Notes under the pieces: generated by a model
Told to the model about the DNA's origin: nothing
The model's database searches: none
Seen by the model: only the letters and a program-made list of their open reading frames with translations
Position numbers and translations under genes: made by a program
Origin: Diplonema japonicum
Taxonomy: Eukaryota; Protista; Euglenozoa: Diplonemea
Direction: 5' to 3'
Assembly: GCA_964019335.1 (NCBI GenBank)
Contig: OZ025691.1
Location: 124,001 to 188,000, forward strand
DNA: 64,000 nucleotides
In this document: one piece after another, positions 36,201-46,492 of the stretch
Numbering within the stretch: position 1 is the first letter of the stretch
Layout of the letters: every line of letters begins with the position of its first letter

Positions 36201-38057
36201 TGCCTCTGAAACACTTCATACTCGCTTTTAGAGCCGACGACACAGCAGCGCGAGGAGAGACATGGAGACCGAACTGTCAAACTTGAAAAGACAGATGGCG
36301 CATCAAAACAGCACTGTCTTTGTTGAGGAACGAAGGCGGCTGGAAGACCACGTGCTGAACCTAAAGGGAGGGATCAGGAACATCGAGTCCCAAGCTCTAG
36401 AAAAGGTAAATTTAAAAAGAAAAAAAAGAAAATGAAATAAAAAACCACTCAGGATATGAAAAGCGCAGAAGAGAAACGCAACCTGGAGCACAGTTTGGTG
36501 ATGCTGCGAGAGGAAATCATGAGAACAAGCACCGAGAAGGTATCGATCAAACCACTATCCTCACCCACATGCAGGACGTTCAAAGCGAAAGAGAAAAACG
36601 CAGACTTGAAGAGGAGCTGGAAACACTGCGTTCAAAAATAAAGCACCTAGATGAGATCCATGTGGAGAAGGTAAGGAAAAACATGAAACAACAACCGGAA
36701 TTTTTTCCCCAACAGGAGAACCGAAGCGAGGAAGAAGACAAGAAGTTGCTAACCGAAATCGAACGAGTGAAGCGGGAGATGGTGGAGATGAACGCTTCAC
36801 AACAAGAGAAGGAATTGGAGCTTAAAAGGACGATAAACGAGAGAGAAAAAGCATTAAACGAAGGAACGAGCCGAATAGAGAAAGAGCTGCAAGAAATGAA
36901 GAAAGAGATGGCCGAGCTGACCGGCGAGACAAGCAAGGTGTTAATGCAAAACAGCACAGCGCTCGAAACCGAGCTCACCGACATCAAGAATTCTGTAGGG
37001 GTGATGATGACGCAGCACGTGGAGAACCAAGACGACAAGTTTCGATACATGGAGGGCATGGTCCTTGCCAACCGAAACGAAGCCGCACTGGAAACCGAGA
37101 AGCGTCTTGAGGACCAAGCCATGCAAAAAGACGCTAGTTTTGAAGCCCTCCAGAAAACGTACACCGACATGATTGCATCCCTTGAAAGCCAAGTCGGCAG
37201 CCTTCATCAAGAGCTTCTGACAACAAAAGATGTATGCATTCATTCATAGTAGTTTGAAAACACTCAACAGAGAGAACGAACCGCTCAGATTCATATGGAA
37301 CAAGCACAACAGGAAGCAATACAGGTGTGTATCCTTTAAAAAAAAAAAGCACAACTAACTACAGAAAGAAATTGATGCCACCGCCAAGGCGGAAGCACTG
37401 AAGTACTTATCCCAAGGGTTGCCTCCCACAGCACCACGCCGGCAGTCGCAGCCACCGGCCCCGTTGGCTCAAACCCCGATGCACCGTAGCTTTAACGCGA
37501 GGCCAGTTGTGTCTGTAGAGATGCTGAGAACATGCCCTGAGTACACCAATGTAATGAAGATGCTGGCAGAGGTTCATGCAAAAGTAGTGAAGGAGGTGGG
37601 TGATAAAGAAGCAAGGTTGAAGTCCGTGCTGAGCTTGAGCGACAAGGTCACAGAAGGTGAGGAAGGAAACACCGAGGGGCTTGAAAAGAAACTGCGAGAA
37701 ACGGTACAAGAAACTGACATGTTGAGAGGAGAACTGGAGCTCACTGGGAGCCAGCTTATCGCTGCGAGAGAGAAACGGTTACAGTCTCTTCTTACCAAGC
37801 AAGGCACGCCCATGTCACTTCCAACATACCTTCCTCAAAGGGAATCGACCATGCCCCCTGCAACACCTGAGTCTATTAGGAACCCATTGCCCCAAGCACG
37901 CGGCCAGAAACCGAGCACCCAACGGCTTCATGAAAGCGAGAGGCGTCTCCGAGAACTCCAACAAGAGTTTGTCCAGCCAGATGCGACCCCGTCTGACGAA
38001 GATGATGTCATGGCACAAGTCCGTGCCTGTTTGAACCGCACCAATTTGATAGAATGA
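33246..38057 (+). CDS. Large protein with TH1/PH-like N-terminal domain, P/Q-rich linker and C-terminal coiled coil; about six short introns from 36198 onward
   Basis: The 987-aa ORF continues via GT-AG introns (36198-36231, and approximately 36406-36452, 36540-36574, 36671-36715, 37232-37270, 37326-37363) into ORFs ending at 38057. Confidence 0.8.
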
Positions 38058-38320
38058 TTTCTTTTTCTTTTCTTTTTTTTTTTTTTTTTTGTTTCTTAGA
38101 ATCCTAGTCCTTCTCCCCACCCCCCTTATTTATTTGTACTCCACGCCTTGTTGTTCTTTTACATTCTTTTTTGTTACGATGGCACTGTAGATTATTTTAT
38201 TTCTTTCATTTTCATTACAATTTTCCATGCTTAATTTTCCGTCCAAGAAAAAAAAAAAAAAACGGCTGTATATCAGCTCAATTCCAAGTAGATTGCTTTT
38301 TCAGTTTGGACAAATGTGTT

Positions 38321-38482
38321 TCTTGAACCCCCTCTTGGTGAAACTATCAGAGGTATGGGTGCCAAACCAACATGCTTCATCATCTTAGCAGATTTTAAAC
38401 TCAACTGAAGTTAAAAAACTCATCAAACTTTGAAGAATGTTTCAAAATTGTTGATTTGCTTGAAGGTGCAGGGGGCTCAAGA
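38321..38482. mobile_element. Possible MITE (13-bp imperfect inverted termini)
   Basis: tcttgaaccccct / agggggctcaaga. No clear TSD. Confidence 0.3.
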
Positions 38483-38843
38483 TCTTTGAGCCCTGCTCTT
38501 TGAGGAAAACACAAAACCCTTCTTTGTCAGGACGAGAACTGTCCTGGTGAAGTAAGTTAAATGTAATCTCTTGACAAGATTGACATGCCGATGTGACAGC
38601 CAAGCTTGCCCCATGCAAGTAAGGCAGTCAGATCTGTTATCAAACAAGCTCAGCAGACGACTTTTCACTACTTAAATATAAGAACTAGAAGAAACCTGGC
38701 ATGTGGTGCTATCACCCATTTTTTTTTGCATTTAAACCATTTGTGCCCACCTTATGATCCCCTCCTGGAATGGCCCCCAGAAGAAAAAACTCCCATGGGG
38801 CTTCTGGGAATTGTTTTCCGGAGACTTGAAATTAATATGATAT

Positions 38844-39402
38844 GAGAAAAACACCGTTTACGGTAAGCAAATAACTTTTTTCCACCAAGTACTGTAAGCA
38901 GAATTTTTACCTCTATTCACGGTAACTTGGAACTTTTTTTTCCACGAAGTACGGTAACCCATAACTTTTTTTTCCACTCTCCCATGAAACCTTCCTGTTG
39001 TTCTCCTTTTTAGTTTTTCGAAATTTTGGATTTTTTTTGTGTCCGCCCCTTCCTGTGAAAACGTGAAGGATGGCCTCGGACCACCAATCGTGACAAAGTC
39101 ACAAATAGGCAGGCTGGCGAAGAGGAAGCGGGGTGAGAGGGAGGGGAAGAACATGCGCAGCAACTGGAGAAAGGTTGGGCAAAATGCTGCAACCTGCATT
39201 TCTCAACTGGTTGGGTTCAGCCCAATCACTCCTCAAAGTTCTTTCCCAAACCCTAATCAGGCATAAAAATGATACAGGTTACTAGTTGCATAAGGGAAAA
39301 ACTTAGTGGTTACAGTAATGTTGGTGGCTTCACTGCTACTAGTAGTTACCGTACTTGGTGAAAAAAAGTTTTTTGCTTACCGTCGACGAACAGTGTTTTT
39401 CC
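38844..39402. mobile_element. Non-autonomous Mutator/MULE-like element with 10-bp TSD
   Basis: Imperfect TIRs of ~55 bp (GAGAAAAACACCGTTTACGGTAAGC.. / ..GCTTACCGTCGACGAACAGTGTTTTTCC), subterminal ACGGTAA repeats, and a perfect TSD AATATGATAT at 38834-38843 and 39403-39412. Confidence 0.85.
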
Positions 39403-39434
39403 AATATGATATTGAAAGCACCCCGTTTTGTTCC

Positions 39435-39483
39435 ATTACACATCTATGGAGATTTATCATTATCGTGCCTACGGAGATGCAGA
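39435..39483 (+). promoter_or_regulatory. Conserved upstream leader shared with both tRNA-iMet genes (promoter element or target-site duplication)
   Basis: 49 bp identical to the reverse complement of 39889-39937. A 36-bp copy with 2 substitutions lies at 39664-39699. Confidence 0.7.
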
Positions 39484-39662
39484 ACTGGGGTCAAGGTCCC
39501 CGTCCGAGTCACGTAGGTCTACGCGGCTTGGAATTAAAGTAATTCAGCCCTCTTCGGCTGTTCCAAACAGGTCGCACGGGTTGGCGGAGTCCACAGCTCT
39601 ATCTGATTGCAGAAGAACTGGTCTTCGCCCTATGGTGGCACCTATTGGTATTTTGAAAAAAA
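39484..39662 (+). ncRNA. Unidentified structured ~170-nt RNA or SINE-like insert
   Basis: Starts at the same offset after the leader as the tRNAs, forms several hairpins, and ends TATTTTG-A7. Confidence 0.5.
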
Positions 39663-39699
39663 CGGATATTTATCATTATCGTGCCTACGGATATGCAGA

Positions 39700-39772
39700 A
39701 GCAGAGTGGCGCAGTGGTCAGCGCGGTGGGCCCATAACCCACAGGTCGTAGGATCGAAACCTACCTCTGCTA
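39700..39772 (+). tRNA. Initiator tRNA-Met (CAT)
   Basis: A1:T72 pair, GGG/CCC anticodon stem, CAT anticodon, initiator T-loop GATCGAAA, followed by T5. Confidence 0.97.
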
Positions 39773-39815
39773 GTTTTTATCAACGCGTTATTTGTGGAGA
39801 TAATTGTAAAAAAAC

Positions 39816-39888
39816 TAGCAGAGGTAGGTTTCGATCCTACGACCTGTGGGTTATGGGCCCACCGCGCTGACCACTGCGCCACTCTGCT
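39816..39888 (-). tRNA. Initiator tRNA-Met (CAT), inverted identical copy
   Basis: Exact reverse complement of 39700-39772, followed by a T-run on the minus strand. Confidence 0.97.
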
Positions 39889-40005
39889 TCTGCATCTCCG
39901 TAGGCACGATAATGATAAATCTCCATAGATGTGTAATTACTCAAGGCTTTTGAAGGGAAATTGTTGGTGGTTAAGCCTAGACTCAGTAAAAAGTGGAAAC
40001 TAAAA

Positions 40006-40084
40006 TCTAGTTGATGGCAGTGTAATAAAGCTATTTTATCAGGTAAAATTCCGCGCACAAACAGTAGATAAAGCTTCAAGCTAG
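40006..40084 (+). mobile_element. Mini Helitron-like repeat
   Basis: A|TC start and CTAG|T end. The body TAGTTGATGGCAG.GTAATAA.GCTATTTTAT.AGGTAAAA is shared with 48658-48722(-). Confidence 0.55.
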
Positions 40085-40130
40085 TTTTATACTAACAAAC
40101 AGTAAAACACAAACAAAGAAAAGAAACAAA

Positions 40131-41468
40131 ATGGGTCGAGGACTTATCCGGTCGAGGAGCAAGAGTCGGATGACTGCTGTTGAGAAGAGGTCTGACAACA
40201 GAAAAAGGTCGCTTAGCAAGCTGAGACAAAAAATGGAAGCAGATGAGGGGAACTGGGAGGAGAGTGACGACGAGTACAGTGAGGAACCTTACGAAATAGA
40301 GGCTGAAAGTATCCAGGAAGAGTCCGTAGTGGACAGATACAAGATGGCGAGTAAATTTGTGAATAAGGCATTGGATGCGGTGATAGAAGGGTGTGTTGAA
40401 GGTGCGAGTGTATCTGAGTTGTGCTTGCTTGGCGACAAAATCATGGAAGAGGAATGTTCGAAGGTTTTTGTCAAGCCTAACGAGGACGGGGACAAGGTTT
40501 TCAAAGGAGTGGCGTTCCCGACATCGGTGTCGATGAATGACTTTGCAGCACACTACGCACCACATGCAAAGGAAGAATCCGGGAGAAAATTAAAGTCGGG
40601 TGACGTCACGAAAATCCACATGGGGTGCCACATCGATGGGTACATCTCGCAGGTCGTGCACACCATCGTTGTGGGCGACGTGGGTGACGCTCACGAGCAG
40701 GCCCAGGATGTTATTGAAGCAGCGTACAAAGCCGCTGAAATCGCATCCCGTGTCATGCGTCCTGACCTGAATAACAACAACGAGGCTGTGACAAACATGT
40801 TCCAGAGAGTTGCCTCCGACTATGGAGTGCAGACCTGCGAGGGCGTTCTGTCCCACAGGGTCCTTCGTTGGAACGCACTTGGGCCTGCCTGCATTGTTTC
40901 GGTTAGAATTTCGCACAGAGACGAACAGTTCCAGGAAGTCGAGCCGGTGACATTCGGGCCCAATGAAGTATGGACGTTAGACGTTGTGATGTCCACGGGG
41001 CACAAGCAGTTGCATTGCTCAGAAGAGCCGACCACGATCTGGAAGAGGAACGACATCATGCTGGCACCAAAGACGCGCTCTGCTCACTACGTTTTGAAGT
41101 CTGTCAGGGAGAAGCTGCTTAGCTTCCCGTTCAGCACTGCGCACTTCGAAAACCTCCCGATGGCTAAGATGGGTTTGAAGGACCTCCAGCACATGGACAT
41201 GGTCGACCCCATCCCAGTTATGAAGACGAAGAAGAGGGACGTTGTTGCAAGGTTCTCTTGGACTATGATGCTGACCCCTCAAGGCATCGTACGTCTAACA
41301 GGTCTTCCCCTCCCTGAAAACATCAACTCTGCGAAGAGCGTTAAAGATGCCGCGTGCATGTCTATCGCCAAAGCTTCCCTTCTTGCACCCTCCCACCCGA
41401 AGCGTGTCAAGCGAAACCGTACTGCCGCAAAGAAAAGAAAAACAGAGGATGCCATGGATGCCGACTAA
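40131..41468 (+). CDS. PA2G4/EBP1-like (M24 pita-bread fold, probably non-catalytic) ribosome-associated protein
   Basis: KYKMA-like, ELC.LGD, KGVAFPTSVSMN, LK.GD..KIHMGCHIDGY, EGVLSH, F..NEVW.LDV.MSTG. The MetAP metal ligands are not fully conserved. Confidence 0.88.
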   Translation: MGRGLIRSRSKSRMTAVEKRSDNRKRSLSKLRQKMEADEGNWEESDDEYSEEPYEIEAESIQEESVVDRYKMASKFVNKALDAVIEGCVEGASVSELCLLGDKIMEEECSKVFVKPNEDGDKVFKGVAFPTSVSMNDFAAHYAPHAKEESGRKLKSGDVTKIHMGCHIDGYISQVVHTIVVGDVGDAHEQAQDVIEAAYKAAEIASRVMRPDLNNNNEAVTNMFQRVASDYGVQTCEGVLSHRVLRWNALGPACIVSVRISHRDEQFQEVEPVTFGPNEVWTLDVVMSTGHKQLHCSEEPTTIWKRNDIMLAPKTRSAHYVLKSVREKLLSFPFSTAHFENLPMAKMGLKDLQHMDMVDPIPVMKTKKRDVVARFSWTMMLTPQGIVRLTGLPLPENINSAKSVKDAACMSIAKASLLAPSHPKRVKRNRTAAKKRKTEDAMDAD

Positions 41469-41827
41469 AAAAAAAAAGGAAAAAAAAAAAAAAAATACAC
41501 TCTCCTCCCTCCTTCTTCATCCCCCCCCCCCCCCCCCCTTCCAATTTTCCACACACAAAGATCAGATCATCATTTCCCCTCCTTCCGTTTTCCTTCCTCT
41601 TACCCCGACCCATCCCCCCCTTTTATTATATTATTTGCAAACCATCAAGCATTACCCCTCTTTTTATATGTTGTCGCTCCAACAGAGCGTTTTGTTCCCT
41701 ACTCTTTCGCCCCCCTCCCCATTTTTTCTTGTTTTCTCCCCCTTCTCTTTCTTCCTTCGTTCCCATTTTCCCAGTTTGAAAAGCAACTAGGCGGAAGAAA
41801 TAAAAAGGTACCCATTAGACACGCAAA

Positions 41828-44800
41828 ATGGACAATTTGTTGATTCAAAGCGCCCCGAAGAGCCCGAAACCACCAAAACCTTTAGACGAGCAGCCTGTAG
41901 TGACTAGAAGGCGCGTGACCCTGCCGTCGGCCTCGATCGAGCAAGTGAAGAAGCAGGAGGGGTCATTGCCGAGGATTTACAGACAAGGAAGGGCAATGCG
42001 CACATCTAAGGTGGAAATCACAAGGACGGTGGATACGGGAAACATCCGGCTTGCTTACCAGGAGGGAAGCAGGAAGACGCAGGAAGCGTTATCTAGTGCG
42101 AATGGCGCACTCTCTCGGATCCGAACCGCAACGAAGATAAACTGTGACCTGCCGTTAAAAACCCTCATCTCACAGATTGCCTCTAAAGAAGAAGCTATCC
42201 AAATTCTCGAAGAAAGAATTCAGGCCCTCTCCAATGACGTCTCCGAAAAGGAGCTTTCCTTCCAGAACCCAAACCTGTCGTCCCCGGTGTTGGAGACCAA
42301 CGATGTTTCAGAAGCCATTAGCAACATAAGAGTGTCTACCGAAGAATTCAAAGCAGAGTCACGCCGGTTCGAAGAAGAAACCCGCCAACTCCACCGATCC
42401 CTCCAAGCTGAGCTTTCGGAGAAAACTGCACAGCTTGACAGAAAACAAGAGCAGCGCGATTCATTAAAAGCGGAGCTGGAAACAAAGCTCGGGGGTGCAC
42501 GGCAAGGAGAAATGACCTGCAAAAAGATAAGCCACAGATACTTCGAAGAGAAAGACCTAGAGGAGGTTCGCGCCCTGCATACCAGGGTGAAAAGCTGCAA
42601 ATCAGACTTGAATATATGGAAGATCAAAGAGATCCTTGAACAGGCCAAAACAATACGCGGCTGTCTATGGACCAAGGAAGAAGTGGCTGCCGTCATGCAC
42701 GACACAAAGCTAGCAGCATTAAAACACGCACAGGGCTTACCGTGGGCAACGGTGGTCCCGTTCCATATCTTCACCACATCGTGGAACAAGCAGTCAGTGT
42801 GGCTCTCGAACGCATCTGACCCAAACTCATGGAGCCTCCTCAAGGATCCCTTGTACCCTATGCAAATGCGCGACCTTTTTCAAGAGCTGCCTATTGACGG
42901 TGCATGGAAAGGCCTAAAATGCTTCAAAGACGATGGTGTCAAACTCCTCTGTTACGAGCGAACACCTCACGACACCCTTCTTTCCGACTGTGTTCTTTGG
43001 ATCCCGTCTCCACGCATCGCCTTTCCTCAACAGGGCAAGCCCTGGGTCACTGAGCACCGACCCTCTCCAAGTGTTCTTGAGTACATCATGTCTCAGAAGT
43101 CTACTGAGATTCACTCAAACACGTCCACTGCCGAGCAGCAGTGGTCGGTAGAACCCTTCGTCGATCCCGAGATCGATGAGCTCGTAATGCGGTGCAAGTC
43201 CCTCCCCAATCAGCACGCTGTAGACCTCTCCGTCATCTCTAATCTTCGGGAGCTCCTTAGCGATAACGTGAACCGCCCCATTCAACTCCCCTCCGCTGTG
43301 AACTTTACTCTCATCAAGGGTACTTTTCTCGGTACTAGTAAAGACCCCATCACAGCACACATCACTACTTGTGGCTTTCGTTCATCAACGAAACCCAACC
43401 CGCACGCAGTGTCCCCTGATCCTATCTGGAATGAATCCTTCACCCTGCCAGTCCAGACCCTGCAGTCTGGGTCTACTTGCGGCTTGCGATGTGCCCCCCT
43501 ATTCTCCCTAGACGAAGCACCACCTTACTGTCTCGTGCTTGCCACATGTCCAACAGAGCAGTACCTCCAAGAACTTTCTGGGCGGCCAGCCACCGTTTGC
43601 TTCCATGGAATGGTCATCTCGGGCCAAACCTCACTCCTATCCATCACGGCGGCACAGGTGTGCACGGCTTCTGGTGTGTCGCCCGAAGAAGCCCTTGCGA
43701 CTTGTTTTAATGAATCAGGATTCATCCCTGGCGAGACGCCGCCTCCTGCGATTGTGTTGCTTTCCTGCAATGTTCCTGTGAAAGAAGCCTCGCGTGAAGT
43801 GGCGCTGTGCTTAGCGTCGATGCAGGTAGAGGTACCGTTTCAATGTTTTACGTGCAAATCGAGTGCGGGTGGAGAAAAGCTGTCAGGCGCTGTGGCGAGC
43901 ATTGTATGGGCACCAAACTCGGTGGAGGTGGGGACAGGGTTCATAGAGACATTGGAGGGATTCGACTTGCAGACATTGCTGAGTTCTAGTAGTCTTTGCG
44001 ACACTGTGTGCATTGGGGTATGCTACGAAAGCTCCTTTGGCAGTGTTGTTGAGGGGTGGAAAGAGATCCTGCCTAAGGACTGCGTTGTGTTTGGTGGCGA
44101 GTGCGAAGGTGTCACAGGGTGCACAGTCGCTGTCATTTGCTCTCCTTGCGAAACTGGCCCCACTGCGTGGCAGCCTATAAAGGTCGATATGTTATTCACA
44201 CAAAGTGATGTTAACATGGCACAGGCCACGGCAACGATACCCTTCTCGATGCTACGCAAGGCTGTTGTCTCCCCGCAGCAGTTCACGGTACCGATTGTCG
44301 TTAATAAAAAGCACGCGGAGATTGACCTATCAATATCCAGCGTTGAGCCCCCTCCAGGGGTGTCCCTTCCATGCATGCTACTGAAGGCGATGATCGAGAC
44401 AACGCATGGCTGCATCGAACATCTGTCACCGGGAGACATCACAGAGGCGTTGAGCTTCCAAGTCCTTCATTGGAACAAGAGAAAGACATACATCCTGTCG
44501 CTATCAGGGCACAACAAAGTGATAGCTGAGTACGTTTCCCACCCTGTGTCTACCCCAAACGGCGAGGAACTTACTTTTTCAAAGGAGCCCGCGAACGCTT
44601 CAGACCATTGCGAGTACTGCGGCGACGCCATCCGCCCGCAGTCGGGATTCTATTACTACTACCCATGCGCAGCTGCCATGAAGGTGTTGTGTAAGGTGTG
44701 CGGGTTCAAAGGCCACGTTGTGAAACTTGAAAGACACCGCAACCCTTGCGACGTGCAATACAATGAGCTCATTGCGCACACTGTTCAAAACAAAGACGTG

Positions 44801-46492
44801 TTGCCATACATAAAAGTGCTTCAGGGTGACGTGCATGGTGGGGAGTACGTGGCGAGGAATCCTAAGGAACGGGACCTCGCAAAACTCGTTTTCGAGTGCG
44901 GCCCTTCCCGAGTCGCAACGTGGTGCGCTGAGAAGCGCGAATTCAAGCTAAACACAGGCGACAAGGCAGGGCCTGTGGAGATAAACATGGCTTCGTGGAT
45001 GCTCCCGTTTGTAGACCCTTTCTGCAAATTGCTGTCCGAAGCAGTCGAGAACCTTCCACTAGTGAACGGAAGCAAGTCGTTCAGATGGTGTGAGGCCTGG
45101 GCAGCTCTATCGATTCCTGGGAAACTGCTGACTAACAGGGGAACACTCTCCACGGCAAGGTGGGGAATATACAATAAAGCCCATGCCAAGCCCGTCATGG
45201 TGCTGGGGAAAACAGGCGTCGATATTTCTAAATGGAGTAGGTACCAAAGAGAGGGTGAGGTGGTGTTCAAAGCGGGTTCGTTGTTTTGTTGTGAGATGAT
45301 GAACAAGGTACCCGTGCTGCACCAGATCGACGGGCGACAGGCCTCGCAGATGGCAGTAAGAAGGCTCATACATGAAGCAACAACAGAGCGGCAGGTGCGG
45401 GCGCTGATAAAAGCAAACAACGCGCTGAGCGAAGGTGGTGTGCTGTCCCTCGACATTGAAGAGAGCTCCACAGAGTACCGCTACGAGTACCGCACCAAAC
45501 CAACTTCCAACTTCCTCCCCCTACATGACGCCGCATTGGGCAAGCTCTTCGTCGACTCATGGCACAGCGACACATCAAGCGTGCACGACCCCAAGCTCAC
45601 AAACCATGTAGTGACACTACTCGGTCTCAAGCCCCGTCAGGTCATCAGATCCCTCTCTGCCAGCAGCGATGGGAGATGGTATGAGGCGACGTTCCCTGCA
45701 CCCTTCTTGCTAAAGGAAATACGCTTGATGAAAACATGGGGAGATGCCTGGAAGCTCGAGGTGCAGTTATTAGAGCAAGGCGCGTGGACGACGATCTTCT
45801 CGGATTTAGTAGACGTCATGAATGGGGAGACACATGTGCATCCGTTGATGCTCGTCTCGGCAGGCGTGAGGGTGAGCAATAAAAGAGGCATGCGCGTGCA
45901 GATCACGGCGGAGAACCCACTCGACATTCCAACGATGGTGGTCATGAGAGAAGCAACAGGCGTGCGCAGGAGGAGGGTTGTGTGTGACTGTCTTCGAGAT
46001 GGCCGTGCGTTGTGTAAATTTGAAGTACGCGAAGTAAGTGTGGGGGTGGATGAACTCTTGGACGAAGGTGCGGTGGCGATCGCAGGGGCATTGGACCTTG
46101 GTGTGAGCATCCGCGAGGTGAGCCTGCGGAACCATGGTATCACAGCATCGGGAGGCGTCGCCTTGCTGCAGTCTCTAAGAGTAAACACTAACGTCCAAGA
46201 GCTCTGTATTGACGACCCTGAGGTCACAGACGCTGAGACCCTTGACACCAAGCGGGCCATCAACCTTCGCCTTGCCTATAACAAGTTATCTACTGTTCCT
46301 TTCAATCTCCTCAGCAACCTGGGCAGTAACTGGCCCGCCGTCGCTGCGCTTGCCTTGCACGATGTCCCGTCTGTCTCGTTCGACTTGTCTTCATCCCGAC
46401 CGTCTAAGTCAGAGTTCGACACGCATTGGAAGGAGTTCTGCGAGTTGTTCGCGGCTTGGGGTGGCACGCCTCCCTCTTATCCGGACTTTTAG
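41828..46492 (+). CDS. Multidomain protein: coiled coil, C2-like region, R-S-E ADP-ribosyltransferase-like domain, C-terminal RI-like LRR
   Basis: 1554-aa ORF. PIWNESFTLP (C2); LSEAVENLP..SFRW..LST..GVDISKWSRYQREGEVVF..GS.F (ART); DEGAVAIA.AL..L.N.GIT..GG..LL..L..N (LRR). Confidence 0.8.
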   Translation: MDNLLIQSAPKSPKPPKPLDEQPVVTRRRVTLPSASIEQVKKQEGSLPRIYRQGRAMRTSKVEITRTVDTGNIRLAYQEGSRKTQEALSSANGALSRIRTATKINCDLPLKTLISQIASKEEAIQILEERIQALSNDVSEKELSFQNPNLSSPVLETNDVSEAISNIRVSTEEFKAESRRFEEETRQLHRSLQAELSEKTAQLDRKQEQRDSLKAELETKLGGARQGEMTCKKISHRYFEEKDLEEVRALHTRVKSCKSDLNIWKIKEILEQAKTIRGCLWTKEEVAAVMHDTKLAALKHAQGLPWATVVPFHIFTTSWNKQSVWLSNASDPNSWSLLKDPLYPMQMRDLFQELPIDGAWKGLKCFKDDGVKLLCYERTPHDTLLSDCVLWIPSPRIAFPQQGKPWVTEHRPSPSVLEYIMSQKSTEIHSNTSTAEQQWSVEPFVDPEIDELVMRCKSLPNQHAVDLSVISNLRELLSDNVNRPIQLPSAVNFTLIKGTFLGTSKDPITAHITTCGFRSSTKPNPHAVSPDPIWNESFTLPVQTLQSGSTCGLRCAPLFSLDEAPPYCLVLATCPTEQYLQELSGRPATVCFHGMVISGQTSLLSITAAQVCTASGVSPEEALATCFNESGFIPGETPPPAIVLLSCNVPVKEASREVALCLASMQVEVPFQCFTCKSSAGGEKLSGAVASIVWAPNSVEVGTGFIETLEGFDLQTLLSSSSLCDTVCIGVCYESSFGSVVEGWKEILPKDCVVFGGECEGVTGCTVAVICSPCETGPTAWQPIKVDMLFTQSDVNMAQATATIPFSMLRKAVVSPQQFTVPIVVNKKHAEIDLSISSVEPPPGVSLPCMLLKAMIETTHGCIEHLSPGDITEALSFQVLHWNKRKTYILSLSGHNKVIAEYVSHPVSTPNGEELTFSKEPANASDHCEYCGDAIRPQSGFYYYYPCAAAMKVLCKVCGFKGHVVKLERHRNPCDVQYNELIAHTVQNKDVLPYIKVLQGDVHGGEYVARNPKERDLAKLVFECGPSRVATWCAEKREFKLNTGDKAGPVEINMASWMLPFVDPFCKLLSEAVENLPLVNGSKSFRWCEAWAALSIPGKLLTNRGTLSTARWGIYNKAHAKPVMVLGKTGVDISKWSRYQREGEVVFKAGSLFCCEMMNKVPVLHQIDGRQASQMAVRRLIHEATTERQVRALIKANNALSEGGVLSLDIEESSTEYRYEYRTKPTSNFLPLHDAALGKLFVDSWHSDTSSVHDPKLTNHVVTLLGLKPRQVIRSLSASSDGRWYEATFPAPFLLKEIRLMKTWGDAWKLEVQLLEQGAWTTIFSDLVDVMNGETHVHPLMLVSAGVRVSNKRGMRVQITAENPLDIPTMVVMREATGVRRRRVVCDCLRDGRALCKFEVREVSVGVDELLDEGAVAIAGALDLGVSIREVSLRNHGITASGGVALLQSLRVNTNVQELCIDDPEVTDAETLDTKRAINLRLAYNKLSTVPFNLLSNLGSNWPAVAALALHDVPSVSFDLSSSRPSKSEFDTHWKEFCELFAAWGGTPPSYPDF

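Noticed and set aside
38860-38980. Spaced ACGGTAA repeats as a CRISPR-like array
   Set aside because: They are subterminal repeats of the MULE-like element. The context is eukaryotic and there are no cas genes.
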